Source of the DNA: an uncultured Erythrobacter sp.
GTDB lineage: Bacteria > Pseudomonadota > Alphaproteobacteria > Sphingomonadales > Sphingomonadaceae
Assembly (NCBI GenBank): GCA_947500645.1
Contig: CANMSD010000004.1
Coordinates: forward strand, 151,093-215,092
DNA: 64,000 bases
Direction of reading: 5' to 3'
Shown here: piece after piece, positions 47,285 through 57,682 of the stretch
Numbering within the stretch: position 1 is the first letter of the stretch
Layout of the letters: each line of letters begins with the position of its first letter
The notes under the pieces: generated by a model
What the model saw: the letters and a program-made list of their open reading frames with translations, nothing else
What the model was told of the DNA's origin: nothing
The model's database searches: none
Program-made: the position numbers and the translations under genes

Positions 47285-49501
47285 TCAGACGTCGTCAGGA
47301 CCGTGATCGGGGCACGGCTGAGCCAGAGCGAACGCAGCATTGTCCGCCGCGTTGTAGCCGGTCAGCGTGGAATAGCCGTTGGTGGCCATCGCCCTGACAT
47401 CGAGCCGCTCCCAGAAGGCAGCATTGGGGCATGCCCCCAACATCGCGGCAACCGGCACGTCCTTGGCGTAGAGGAACCCGGCCCCTGCGCCAAAGCCGTT
47501 GCCATCCGCCTGTCCCACCGTCCCGGAGGTCGAAGCAATGGCAATCGCGCTGCCAGTGCCGCGCCCCGTGCCGAACTGATACGTGGCAAACTCGTTTGGA
47601 TGCCGCGCTGTAAACGACAGTCCGGCATCATCGCCGCTGTCATACAGGTGGAAGCCGCAATCCGCATCGGGCGTCACATCGCCCGCAATCGGATGGATTT
47701 GCGCGGAGCAGCGGTTGTTATCCACCCGCACGAGCATGCGGAATCCATCGATATGACCGGCGCTGATCAGTTGATTGCTCACCGGAGCAGGCGACGTTGT
47801 GATCGTGCCTGTCCCGAACGGTGCATCCTGATCGGTGATGCGCAGGTCGATGCCCTGCGCCGCCCAGTCATGGACCAGATTGCCGGCATTATCGAACAGC
47901 TCGAGCTTCAGCTCATAGAGCCCTGCTGCAAGGTCATCCGACCACCCGACACCATCGGTGTATTCGGGATTGCCCGGCAAAGTGTGCGTATCGAAATAGG
48001 CAGTGGCCAGATCGACACGCTCATTGAGCACAACCCATTCCTCGCCGGACGGTGAATCGACGGGGCGAATGCGGAACAAGTTTTCCTCAGGTGCCGCGCC
48101 CGGTCCGGTGGTCGGCATCGGGCCCATCACATCCGATGGGTATGCAGTGCCATCCTTATAGTGGCGATAGACCGAGCGCGTCATCGGCGTCCAAGGACCG
48201 ACATCCGGTGTTGTCCCATCCGGGCCGGTGCGCCGACGATAAGACCAGCGATAATAGGGAATACCCGATGCAATCAGCGCCTCACGCCCAAAATCGACCC
48301 TCGGTTCCAGCGCGTGACCGAATGGTGCGGTGCCATTGGCCAGGCCATCGCCACCCACTTCGCGCACTGCTACCGTGCGGCCAATCGACTTAACGACCAC
48401 TTGCTTGCCTTGCAGCGGTGGTTCCGGATCGCAGGCCGGAACGCGCGGATCGGTGATACGGATGGTTACTTCCGTTCCGCAATCGTAGTTCCAATAGGTG
48501 TTGCAGCCGATATGCGGGCGATAAACCGTCTCAAAGCCGGAACCGAGATCATACTCGACCCAGAAATAGAGATCGGGATGATCCCCCTGACAGGGATAGA
48601 TGATCAGCCGTTCGAAATTGCCGTAGCCATCGGTATCGACCACCGCGATCTCATCGCAGCGGAAGCGCCACCACCAGTGCGGCCAGATGCACAGCCACGG
48701 CGCGACCAGACGCCAGTTTTCCGACAGAGCATTGCGCACGGTCGCGGCTGAATTGCTCAGCAGCTGTGATTGAAGCTCCGCCGAGATATCGATCGAGGCA
48801 GTCTGGGCCAGCGCCCTCGCCTGAATGCCTGGCTCGGCAGCCTGCTCGGCAAAGCGCAACGCAACCTGTGGATCGAAGATCGGCGGGTCGGGCTGAGGAT
48901 TGAAACCTTGCAAAGAGCCGGGATCAATAAAGCGCGGACCATCAATTGGGTCCGGGGGCTGCGGAACCGGAATAGGCGGGTTCTTGATAATCTCGAGCAG
49001 ATCATCACGCAGGCGCAATGCATCGCGATCAGGCAAGCGCAGGATCCACCAGGGCAGGCGGTCGACTTCGCAGATGTGCACGCGGGCATTACAAACTGCC
49101 AGATTGTCGCTCGCGCGGATCACGCGTCCACGAACCCAGCAGAAGCAGAACGGCCAGATATCGAGCACCTGGCCTGGGATTACGATGCGGTCCAGCACGC
49201 CTCCGCGGCGGCGCAGCACCGGCTCATACGCGCCAAGCTTGAGCAAACGCTCGACGCCAATTTCATCTTCGCCGCAATCGGCTTCGTTCTCGATCTCCGG
49301 AGCGATCAGAACGCGCGGCAATTGCGCGTCGCGCTTGGTAGATTTGAGCTCGAGCTTACCGTTGTTCACCGGCGCGCGCTCGATCAGTGTGCCGTTGGCG
49401 TCGAACACATGCGCGACGAGCTTGCCCTTAAAGTCGGGGCGCTGAGCGGTTGATACGGAAAAGCTGAGACGCGACGCGCCTGATTGTGATTGGTTGGCCA
49501 T
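47285..49501 (-). CDS. Large Cys/Trp/Pro-rich hypothetical protein (738 aa)
   Basis: Long ORF with GGAGG/AGGAGG ribosome-binding site; no signal peptide; GFNPQPDPP motif. Confidence 0.85.
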   Translation of the reverse strand: MANQSQSGASRLSFSVSTAQRPDFKGKLVAHVFDANGTLIERAPVNNGKLELKSTKRDAQLPRVLIAPEIENEADCGEDEIGVERLLKLGAYEPVLRRRGGVLDRIVIPGQVLDIWPFCFCWVRGRVIRASDNLAVCNARVHICEVDRLPWWILRLPDRDALRLRDDLLEIIKNPPIPVPQPPDPIDGPRFIDPGSLQGFNPQPDPPIFDPQVALRFAEQAAEPGIQARALAQTASIDISAELQSQLLSNSAATVRNALSENWRLVAPWLCIWPHWWWRFRCDEIAVVDTDGYGNFERLIIYPCQGDHPDLYFWVEYDLGSGFETVYRPHIGCNTYWNYDCGTEVTIRITDPRVPACDPEPPLQGKQVVVKSIGRTVAVREVGGDGLANGTAPFGHALEPRVDFGREALIASGIPYYRWSYRRRTGPDGTTPDVGPWTPMTRSVYRHYKDGTAYPSDVMGPMPTTGPGAAPEENLFRIRPVDSPSGEEWVVLNERVDLATAYFDTHTLPGNPEYTDGVGWSDDLAAGLYELKLELFDNAGNLVHDWAAQGIDLRITDQDAPFGTGTITTSPAPVSNQLISAGHIDGFRMLVRVDNNRCSAQIHPIAGDVTPDADCGFHLYDSGDDAGLSFTARHPNEFATYQFGTGRGTGSAIAIASTSGTVGQADGNGFGAGAGFLYAKDVPVAAMLGACPNAAFWERLDVRAMATNGYSTLTGYNAADNAAFALAQPCPDHGPDDV

Positions 49502-50048
49502 GGTGTCCTCCTGAAATGCACGGCCGAAACACTGGATTCAGGCCGCATGAAACTGCTCGCAGAATCCGCTGACTCCACGAGAAGCTAAGTCTTGTTCGAC
49601 GACCTGTTAGTATAGTTGACTAATACAACTTACGTTTTAAATAGATTTTTTGGATTTGCCCTCTCAAGCAATATCGATTTTGGCTTTTATTTTGTTTTCG
49701 AAATTGCGATTGTCTAAACGCGCCAATTTTCTTCAATTGTGCATCACGAGAGGTGAATTGATCGAAATCTTGCGATATTGGCGTTTTTATACAAGTTTAT
49801 ACAAGCCGCGACGTGAGTAACGAGGGTGAATATTTCCTACATTGGATGCGATTGCTACGACCACAGCCGCTCTTTCACATCGTCAGCCCGTCCGCACTAG
49901 GCGCCCAGAACGCATTTTCAGTTGGAGAAGTGTCAACTTCGAAAATTAGGACTATATCTTTTGTTTTCATATTCTTGTTTGGAAAATTTCCGGGTGACAC
50001 GGTGTCACTTGTGTCAACTTTGCCGTGACTGAACTCACGCAGGACAAA

Positions 50049-50080
50049 TAAAAAGGCCGCCGGATCGCTCCGACGGCCTC
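50049..50080 (-). terminator. Intrinsic terminator after the SDR gene
   Basis: Stem aggccgccgga/tccgacggcct followed by a T-run on the minus strand. Confidence 0.7.
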
Positions 50081-50108
50081 TGTGGCGTCCGATAGCTGAG
50101 CGGCGCAG

Positions 50109-50915
50109 TTAGCCTGCCGGATCGTTGAACTGAGCAGGCAAGTCGGCGTTCACGATACCGCCATCAACCGTCAGCGTATCGCCAATCACATAATCGCCAG
50201 CGCGGCTGCACAGATAAATCGCCGCAGCTGCCATGTCTTCTTTCGTGCCGATCCGCTTGGCAGGGATCATCGAGGCCGAAGCATCCGGCGCATTCTTGGC
50301 CACCTTGTTCATCTCGCTTGCAAAAGCGCCCGGAGCGATCGAGGTAACGATGATGTTGTCCTGGATCAGTCGCGCGGCCATCCGCCGGGTCAGTTGAATC
50401 ACAGCCGCCTTGGACGCCTGATACGGATAAGTCTCCCACGGATTGATCCGCTGGCCGTCGATGGATGACACGTGGATCACCTTTGCGGGGTGATCGCCCT
50501 TGCCCGCCGCGACTAGCAGGTCGTGCAATTTCTGTGTCAGGAAGAACGGCGTCTTCACGTTCAAATCCATTGTCCGGTGCCAGCCTGCTTCACTGAATTC
50601 GAGATATGGCTGGCCCCACGCCGCGCCCGCATTGTTGATCAGGATGTCGAGCTTGTCCTCACGCTTGGCCATTTCATCCGCGAGGTGCTGAATGCCTTCC
50701 ATCTGGCTGAGGTCAGCCGGAATGCCTATCACCTTATCTTCGCCAAACTCGGCGATGGTTTCCTGCATCTGCTCGACCTTGCGAGCCGAGATGTAGACCT
50801 TAGCGCAGCCCGCCGAGAGCAGGCCCTCTACAAACATCTTGCCAATGCCGCGGCTGCCGCCGGTAACCAGCGCAACGCGCCCGTCGAGCCCGAACAGGGC
50901 GTTCATATCCATCAT
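50109..50915 (-). CDS. Short-chain dehydrogenase/reductase
   Basis: VTGGSRGIG, LINNAG, VSSIDG, YQASKAA (YxxxK). Confidence 0.93.
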   Translation of the reverse strand: MMDMNALFGLDGRVALVTGGSRGIGKMFVEGLLSAGCAKVYISARKVEQMQETIAEFGEDKVIGIPADLSQMEGIQHLADEMAKREDKLDILINNAGAAWGQPYLEFSEAGWHRTMDLNVKTPFFLTQKLHDLLVAAGKGDHPAKVIHVSSIDGQRINPWETYPYQASKAAVIQLTRRMAARLIQDNIIVTSIAPGAFASEMNKVAKNAPDASASMIPAKRIGTKEDMAAAAIYLCSRAGDYVIGDTLTVDGGIVNADLPAQFNDPAG

Positions 50916-50939
50916 GCGCAAAGTCTCCTGGTTCTCAAA

Positions 50940-52079
50940 TCAATAGCCGCTGAGTTCAGCGACACGGCCAGCGTGGTAATAGGCATCGCCGAAAAACTCG
51001 CCAAGCGCGCGGTCACGCTTCATGTAAAGACCGATGTCGTATTCGTCAGTCATACCGATGCCGCCGTGCATTTGCACGCCTTCGCGGACGGACAGCCCGG
51101 CTGCCTTCGCAACCTTAGCCTTGGCGACCGAAGACATCAGATCGGCTTTCTCGCTACCGGCATCGAGCAATTGCTGCGCCTTTATCGTAGCCGCCCGGGC
51201 GATCTCGACCTCCGAGTAGAGGTGGCTGGCGCGGTGTTGCAACGCCTGGAATTCTCCGATCAGCTTGCCGAACTGCTTGCGCTGCTTGAGGTATTCGACG
51301 GTCATATCCATCGCTCCGCTGGCCACACCAACTCCTTCTGCGGCCGAGCCGACGCGGCCAGCAGCGAGAATGGCATCGAGGATTTCGCGGCCGCCATCGA
51401 CTTCGCCGATCACCGCATCACCATCGAGCTCGACCCCGTCGAACTTGGTGTGGGTGGCAACTGAACTATCGACCAGGCGCACGGCATCGTGGCTCATATT
51501 CGCCGCATCCTTCGGCACGGCGAACAGGGTGATGCCGTCGTTGTCATCGTCCGAGCCGCTAGTGCGCGCGGCGACGACGATCATGTCCGAGCTGGCGCCG
51601 TGAATAACGAAGTCCTTTTGACCCGAAAGCTTGAAGCCATTGCCAGACTTCTCGGCGCGGGTTTTGATCCGCTCCGGGCGATGCTTCGGCCCCTCATCGA
51701 TCGCTACGGCGAACACGCTTTCGCCAGACACAAGACCCGGCAGATAGCGACCACGCATGTCGTCGCTACCATGCTTGAGCGCGGTTGCGGCCAGCACGGA
51801 ACTGGTCAGGAAAGGCGATGGCGTCAGATTGCGACCGATTTCCTCGAGCACGATACCCGCCTCGACATGGCCCATACCCAGCCCGCCATCGCCCTCGTCG
51901 AGCAACATGCCGGTGAAGCCCATCTCGGCAAACTGCTTCCACAGCTCATGGCCAAAGCCGTCGGGGCAATCGCGATCGCGCCAATGGCGGAGTTGTTTGG
52001 CGATGTTGCCCTGCTCAGCCATGAACTGGCTGGCGCTATCGGCCAGCATGGCCTGATCGTCATCATGGTAAAGGGGCAT
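50940..52079 (-). CDS. Acyl-CoA dehydrogenase family protein (PimD-like partner subunit)
   Basis: EEIGRNL, YLKQRKQFGKLIGEFQALQH, QMHGGIGMTDE. Confidence 0.92.
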   Translation of the reverse strand: MPLYHDDDQAMLADSASQFMAEQGNIAKQLRHWRDRDCPDGFGHELWKQFAEMGFTGMLLDEGDGGLGMGHVEAGIVLEEIGRNLTPSPFLTSSVLAATALKHGSDDMRGRYLPGLVSGESVFAVAIDEGPKHRPERIKTRAEKSGNGFKLSGQKDFVIHGASSDMIVVAARTSGSDDDNDGITLFAVPKDAANMSHDAVRLVDSSVATHTKFDGVELDGDAVIGEVDGGREILDAILAAGRVGSAAEGVGVASGAMDMTVEYLKQRKQFGKLIGEFQALQHRASHLYSEVEIARAATIKAQQLLDAGSEKADLMSSVAKAKVAKAAGLSVREGVQMHGGIGMTDEYDIGLYMKRDRALGEFFGDAYYHAGRVAELSGY

Positions 52080-52165
52080 GATCCCTTGATCCTCTCATAC
52101 ATTTATTGGTCCGACCGCCCGCAATTCGGTGGCAGAGCGGTCGCGCTGTTTTCTGGCGCGCTTGG

Positions 52166-53356
52166 CTATGAGCCAGGCAGATCGAGAATACGCTTGGAAA
52201 TCACGTTGAGCATGACCTCCGAAGTGCCACCTTCGATTGAGTTCGCCTTAGTCCGCAGCCAGTTACGCGATGGCTTGCCGCCATTCGTCTCTTCGCTTTC
52301 CCACTCGAGGCTGCGCGAGCCACCGGCTGACATCATCAACTCGTGACGACGCTTGTTCAGCTCGGTTCCTGCATACTTCATCATGTTCGGCTGCGCAGGG
52401 TGCGCCTTGCCAACCTTGATCTCATCAAGGAACTTCTCACCCATGGCACCATAAGCCAGCGCGTCGACATCGAACATTGCCAGCTCTGCACGTAATACCG
52501 GATCGAGTTCGCCAGCATGACGTTTCATCGCCGCACCGATCGTTCCGGTGTTGCCACCATCAGCGCCGGAAATCATCTCACGCTCGTGCCCGAGCAGGTA
52601 TTTCGCAACGTCCCAGCCGCGATTGATCTCTCCGACATAGGCCGGGATGCCTTCGCCATAACTCTTCGGCACTTTCACATTGTCGAAGAAAGTCTCGCAG
52701 AAAGGCGAATTGCCGCTGATCAACTTGATCGGCTTGGTCGAACAGCCTTCGCTCTCCATGTCGAACAACATGAAGGTGATGCCCTGATACTTGTTTTCCT
52801 TGTCCGTGCGGACGAGGCAGAAAATCCAGTCGGCCTGATCGGCGTAAGAGGTCCAGACCTTCTGACCATTGACGACCCAATGGTCATCCTCGTCCTCACC
52901 GAAGGTCTGCAGGCTGACAAGATCGGAACCAGAACCCGGCTCCGAGTAACCCTGACACCAGCGAATCTCTCCGCGCGCGATTTCGCCGAGGAAATGCTTC
53001 TTCTGCTCCTCGGTGCCGAAATGCAGCAGAGCTGGGCCAAGCATCCAGATACCAAAGCTGGAGAGCGGCGGGCGCGCATTGATGCGGCTCATTTCCTGGC
53101 GCAGCACCTTGGCTTCAGGTGGAGTCAAACCTGCGCCGCCATACTCTTTCGGCCACGCGGGAACGGTGTAGCCCTTGGCCAGACATGCTTCGAACCACGC
53201 CTTTTGTGCGTCGTTCTTGAAGCTTGCCCGGCGGCCACCCCAATAGATGTCTTCTTCACCGCGGACCGGTTCGCGCATTTCGGCAGGGCAGTTCGCCTCC
53301 AGCCACTCGCGAGTTTCGCTGCGGAATGTGTCTAAGTCCTTTGGCAGATCGGACAT
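52166..53356 (-). CDS. Acyl-CoA dehydrogenase family protein (PimC-like)
   Basis: RWCQGYSEPGSGSDL, NGQKVWTS, FCETFFDNV, NSIEGGTSEV. Confidence 0.93.
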   Translation of the reverse strand: MSDLPKDLDTFRSETREWLEANCPAEMREPVRGEEDIYWGGRRASFKNDAQKAWFEACLAKGYTVPAWPKEYGGAGLTPPEAKVLRQEMSRINARPPLSSFGIWMLGPALLHFGTEEQKKHFLGEIARGEIRWCQGYSEPGSGSDLVSLQTFGEDEDDHWVVNGQKVWTSYADQADWIFCLVRTDKENKYQGITFMLFDMESEGCSTKPIKLISGNSPFCETFFDNVKVPKSYGEGIPAYVGEINRGWDVAKYLLGHEREMISGADGGNTGTIGAAMKRHAGELDPVLRAELAMFDVDALAYGAMGEKFLDEIKVGKAHPAQPNMMKYAGTELNKRRHELMMSAGGSRSLEWESEETNGGKPSRNWLRTKANSIEGGTSEVMLNVISKRILDLPGS

Positions 53357-53385
53357 GGCGCCGACTCTCCTCTCAATCGCTCTCA

Positions 53386-53520
53386 CTTGACGCTTACGTT
53401 ATGGTGATTTGCCCGGTGGCTGCAAGCGTGGAAATGGCAGAGACCAATGCCGTAACGTCAAGTTGCGCATCGCAACCAATTTATTGACGCGACCGGTGCT
53501 TCGCTTACGTTTGCGTCAAG
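53386..53520. promoter_or_regulatory. Cluster of LiuR-like (MerR family) operators in the divergent promoter
   Basis: cttgacgcttacgttat (53386-53402), cgtaacgtcaag (53451-53462), gcttacgtttgcgtcaag (53503-53520), compared with the palindrome TTTACGTwwACGTAAA. Confidence 0.6.
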
Positions 53521-53581
53521 AGCTTGGGAGAGCCGAAATGGACAGATTCGCTACGACGTTTGGACCTGGCGAGGTGCACAC

Positions 53582-55027
53582 GTGAGTTTTGTAGAGGGCA
53601 AGCTGCCGCTCAAACTCAAGCTGATACACGGTTTCGGGGCGGTAGCCTTCGGCGTGAAAGACGGCGGCTTCCTGTTCTTCCTGCTCTTCTATTACAGCCA
53701 AGTCTTGGGAATGGATGCGGGCCTCGTCGGGCTGATCCTGTTGGCGGCATTGCTGATCGATGCCTTCGTCGACCCGATTATCGGCTATCTCTCCGACCGA
53801 ACCTACACACGCTGGGGCAGGCGATTGCCATGGCTTTACGCCGCGCCAATCCCTTTAGCGCTTGCATGGGTGGTACTGTGGTCACCGCCCGGCGGAGAAG
53901 CGCCAAGCACTTTAGGTTTGCTGGGCATCATGGTCGCTGTGCGGGTGCTGTTATCAGCGTGCGAAGTGCCATCGGTCAGTCTCGTTCCGGAACTCACCTC
54001 AGATTACAACGAGCGGACCACATTGTTCCGATACCGATATCTGTCGGGATGGTTGGGCGGCATCTTTATGATGGTGCTGGCCTACACAGTATTCATGCCG
54101 GGAGAGAACGGGCTACTGCAGCAGGAAGGCTACCCTGCTTTCGGAACGTTCGGTGCGATACTGATGGCTGTTGCGGTGCTCGGCTCCGCCTATGGGCAGC
54201 ATCACATCGTCGCCCGCCTTCCCGAAACGAAGCCCTCCCCCTTCAGCCTCAAGGAAGCATTCGCCGAGATCAAGGAGGCATTCAGTGAGAAGGCGTTCCT
54301 GATTTTCGCCGCCGGGGGGCTGGCCGCTTACATCAGCCAGGGTATGACCTTCTCGATCTCCAACTATCTCAACCTATTTGTGTGGCAGCTCGATCGCGTC
54401 ACATTCGACTGGGCCCCGTCGTGGCTTAACGGCCTTACCGCCTATCCCTTTGTGCTGGCCATTTCGGTGATCGGCATGTTCCTGATCGTCGGACCGATGC
54501 ATCAAAACCTTGGCAAACCGAAAAGCGCCGCCGTCAGCGCCATCATAGCGTTGGTCATCGGCCTTGCGCCTTACGCGCTGTTCCTGGCCGGGTTCTGGCC
54601 AGAGATCGGGTCATATGCCTCGACGTTCCTCTACTATGCCTTTGTGATCTTCGCGAACATGTTCGGCGTGGTGATCATGATCTCCGCCTCCTCCATGATT
54701 GCCGAGATCGTCGAAGCCTTCGAAGAGCGCACCGGGCGGCGGGCAGAGGGTAGCTTCTATTCCGGTAATTGGCTGGTTCAGAAATGCGCCACGGGTTTCG
54801 GCGCAGCGCTGACCGGACAGATCATCGCCATTTCGCAACTTGAGCAAGGGGCCGACCCGACAACAGTGCCGATGAGTGTCCTGTCGACCATGATCATCGC
54901 CTTTGCGGTCGCGACAATCGTTCTCGCTTTGCTCGCGGCCTACTGGCTCGGGCGCTTCCCTATAACCCGCGAACAACACGAAGCCCGGATTGCAGCGCGC
55001 GCGGCGAGCGCCACCGCAATCCCCTAA
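53582..55027 (+). CDS. MFS transporter (glycoside-pentoside-hexuronide/MelB-like)
   Basis: DAFVDPIIGYLSDRTYTRWGRRLPW, PELTSDYNERT, about 12 TM. Confidence 0.92.
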   Translation: MSFVEGKLPLKLKLIHGFGAVAFGVKDGGFLFFLLFYYSQVLGMDAGLVGLILLAALLIDAFVDPIIGYLSDRTYTRWGRRLPWLYAAPIPLALAWVVLWSPPGGEAPSTLGLLGIMVAVRVLLSACEVPSVSLVPELTSDYNERTTLFRYRYLSGWLGGIFMMVLAYTVFMPGENGLLQQEGYPAFGTFGAILMAVAVLGSAYGQHHIVARLPETKPSPFSLKEAFAEIKEAFSEKAFLIFAAGGLAAYISQGMTFSISNYLNLFVWQLDRVTFDWAPSWLNGLTAYPFVLAISVIGMFLIVGPMHQNLGKPKSAAVSAIIALVIGLAPYALFLAGFWPEIGSYASTFLYYAFVIFANMFGVVIMISASSMIAEIVEAFEERTGRRAEGSFYSGNWLVQKCATGFGAALTGQIIAISQLEQGADPTTVPMSVLSTMIIAFAVATIVLALLAAYWLGRFPITREQHEARIAARAASATAIP

Positions 55028-55144
55028 GCAAGCACGCCGTAGCGGAACGCTGACGCGCATAAAAAAGAGAGCTTGGCGCGCCTTGGCTGCTCTGCCACGG
55101 TTCGCTCAACAGATTCGACAGACAGGATTAGAGAGGAAACCCCT

Positions 55145-56482
55145 ATGGATTTCGAACCCACAGAACGTCAGGTCTATTGGCGCGACTGCGTGCGCGACTT
55201 CATCGAGACGCATGTGCGCCCAAACATGGACACTTACAAAGCACAGGATGCCGAGGGCGACCGCTGGAAAGTAATCCAGATCATCGAAGACAAGAAGGCG
55301 CTGGCGAAGGAGGCCGGCATCTGGAACCTCTTCATGCCGCCGCGCAATGAGAGCCATCATCATGTCGATGACACGTTCGAGTTCGAAGGCCCTGGCCTGA
55401 CCAACCTCGAATATGCTCTATGCGCTGAAGAAATGGGCCGCATCGGTTGGGCCAGCGAAGTGTTCAACTGCTCCGCGCCCGACACCGGCAATATGGAGGT
55501 GTTCCATCGCTACGGCACGCGCGAGCAAAAGGAAGAATATCTCGCTCCGCTAATGAACGGCGAGATCCGCTCTGCCTTCCTGATGACCGAGCCCTTCACC
55601 GCTTCGTCGGACGCGACCAATATCGAAACGCGGATTGAGCGCGATGGCGATGAATATGTCATCAACGGTCGCAAGTGGTGGTCTTCGGGTGCAGGCGATC
55701 CACGCTGCAAAGTCGCGATCGTCATGGGCAAGACCGATTTCGAGGCGAAGCGCCATGCCCAACAATCGATGATCCTGATGCCGCTCGATGCGCCGGGCGT
55801 AAACGTTCTGCGCCACTTGCCGGTCTTCGGCTATGACGATGCACCACACGGTCATATGGAAATCGAACTGAAGGACGTTCGCGTTCCTATCACCAACATG
55901 CTGCTGGGCGAAGGGCGCGGGTTCGAGATCGCGCAAGGTCGCCTCGGCCCAGGCCGTATCCACCACTGCATGCGCACCATTGGCGTTGCGGAAGAGGCGC
56001 TGGCCAAGATGTGCAAGCGACTGCAGGAGCGTGAGGCGTTCGGCAAGCCGATCTACAAGCACTCGGTCTGGGAAGAGCGCGTTGCGCGTGCCCGCATCGA
56101 CATCGACATGACCCGTCTGCTGTGCCTCAAGGCCGCTGACATGATGGACAAGGTTGGCAACAAATCTGCCAAGCAGGAAATCGCCATGATCAAGGTTCAG
56201 GCCCCTAATATGGCGCTCTCGATCATCGACGATGCGATCCAGGCTCATGGCGGCGGCGGTGTGTCGGAGGACTACGGCCTCGCCCAAGCCTACGCCCACC
56301 AGCGGACTCTGCGCCTTGCCGACGGTCCGGACGAAGTGCACGCGCGCTCGATCGCCCGCATGGAAATCGGCAAGCATGTGCCCAATGAAGGCCCAACCGC
56401 CAATGCCCTGCGCGGTGGCAGCGGCAACGCGGCCAATGACGCCGGTGGCTTCAGCTCGGGCGACATGGGCGCAACCCGCTAA
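55145..56482 (+). CDS. Acyl-CoA dehydrogenase (ACAD10/11 C-terminal type)
   Basis: [44 protein letters not shown]. Confidence 0.94.
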   Translation: MDFEPTERQVYWRDCVRDFIETHVRPNMDTYKAQDAEGDRWKVIQIIEDKKALAKEAGIWNLFMPPRNESHHHVDDTFEFEGPGLTNLEYALCAEEMGRIGWASEVFNCSAPDTGNMEVFHRYGTREQKEEYLAPLMNGEIRSAFLMTEPFTASSDATNIETRIERDGDEYVINGRKWWSSGAGDPRCKVAIVMGKTDFEAKRHAQQSMILMPLDAPGVNVLRHLPVFGYDDAPHGHMEIELKDVRVPITNMLLGEGRGFEIAQGRLGPGRIHHCMRTIGVAEEALAKMCKRLQEREAFGKPIYKHSVWEERVARARIDIDMTRLLCLKAADMMDKVGNKSAKQEIAMIKVQAPNMALSIIDDAIQAHGGGGVSEDYGLAQAYAHQRTLRLADGPDEVHARSIARMEIGKHVPNEGPTANALRGGSGNAANDAGGFSSGDMGATR

Positions 56483-56509
56483 AGAGCGGCAAGAGGGGAG
56501 AAGCCAAAC

Positions 56510-57598
56510 ATGGCAAAAGCGGCAATTTTGGAAACGCCGGGCGAAGGGTTGGTGATTGGCGAGGTAGAGATCGCCGATCCCCAGCCGCACGAAGTGTTGA
56601 TCGACACCAAAGCTTGCGGGCTGTGTCACTCCGATCTGCACTTTATCGACGGGCACTACCCGCATGCCCTGCCAGCGATTCCAGGACATGAAGCCGCAGG
56701 CGTGGTTCGCGCCGTCGGCAGCGAAGTGCGCACAGTAAAGCCAGGCGATCACGTCGTGTCTTGCCTCAGCGCGTTTTGTGGGATTTGCGAGTTCTGCGTG
56801 ACAGGGCGGATGGCGCTGTGTCTGGGCACAGCGACCCGCCGGGGCAAAGGCGACGCAGCGCGCATAACGCGCGGTGAAGGCGAGACGGTCAATCAGATGC
56901 TCAATCTGTCAGCCTTCTCCGAGCAGATGCTGATCCACGAGAACGCCTGTGTCGCCATCGACAAGGACATGCCGCTGGACCGGGCCGCTGTTATCGGCTG
57001 CGCGGTGACAACAGGCGCGGGCACGATCTTCAACGCCTGCAAGGTAACACCGGGCGAAACCGTTCTGGTGGTTGGCTGCGGCGGCGTGGGACTGGCCGCG
57101 ATCAACGCCGCGAAGATTGCGGGCGCCGGCAAAGTGATCGCAGCCGATCCGCTGCCTGAAAAGCGCGCGCTCGCGGAAGCCTTGGGCGCAACACACACAG
57201 TCGATGCGATGGCCGACGATGCGGCAAAGCAGATCATCGAGATATCCAGCGGCGGTGTGGATTGGGGCATCGAAGCAGTCGGGCGTCAGGCCTCGGCTGA
57301 CCTTGCAGTTGCCAGCCTGCGGCGTGGCGGCACGGCGGTGATCCTGGGCATGATGCCATTAGATTGCAAAGTCGGCCTTGGCGCGATGGACTTGCTCGGT
57401 GGCAAGAAACTGATGGGCGCAATCATGGGGATGAACCATTTCCCGGTCGATCTGCCGCGCCTTGTCGATTTCTACATGCGCGGGCTGCTCGATCTCGACA
57501 CGATTATTGCAGAGCGGATTGCGCTCGAAGACATAAATGCAGGTTTTGACAAGATGCGCGCGGGGCACTCGGCGCGCAGTGTGGTGGTGTTCGATTAG
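56510..57598 (+). CDS. Zn-dependent alcohol dehydrogenase (MDR family)
   Basis: GLCHSDLH, GHEAAG, CGICEFC, GCAVTTG, GCGGVG. Confidence 0.95.
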   Translation: MAKAAILETPGEGLVIGEVEIADPQPHEVLIDTKACGLCHSDLHFIDGHYPHALPAIPGHEAAGVVRAVGSEVRTVKPGDHVVSCLSAFCGICEFCVTGRMALCLGTATRRGKGDAARITRGEGETVNQMLNLSAFSEQMLIHENACVAIDKDMPLDRAAVIGCAVTTGAGTIFNACKVTPGETVLVVGCGGVGLAAINAAKIAGAGKVIAADPLPEKRALAEALGATHTVDAMADDAAKQIIEISSGGVDWGIEAVGRQASADLAVASLRRGGTAVILGMMPLDCKVGLGAMDLLGGKKLMGAIMGMNHFPVDLPRLVDFYMRGLLDLDTIIAERIALEDINAGFDKMRAGHSARSVVVFD

Positions 57599-57603
57599 CG
57601 CGA

Positions 57604-57676
57604 GTCCCCGCGCAGGTGGGGACCTCCAGCCGCTAGCGTGGCGTTTATTAAGGGAGGCTCCCGCCTGCGTGGGAGC
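57604..57676. repeat. Inverted pair of REP-like palindromes
   Basis: gtccccgcgcaggtggggac (57604-57623) and gctcccgcctgcgtgggagc (57657-57676) are near reverse complements. Confidence 0.7.
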
Positions 57677-57682
57677 GCACAT

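Noticed and set aside
53400-53430. atggtgatttgcccggtggctgca resembles the start of a SAM-II (SAM-alpha) riboswitch
   Set aside because: The 3' pairing elements are missing and the flanking genes are not SAM-related; LiuR-like sites explain the region better.
57604-57676. REP-like doublet as a novel element
   Set aside because: It is typical of alphaproteobacterial REP-type palindromes, single in this window, and has no unusual context; listed as a feature only.
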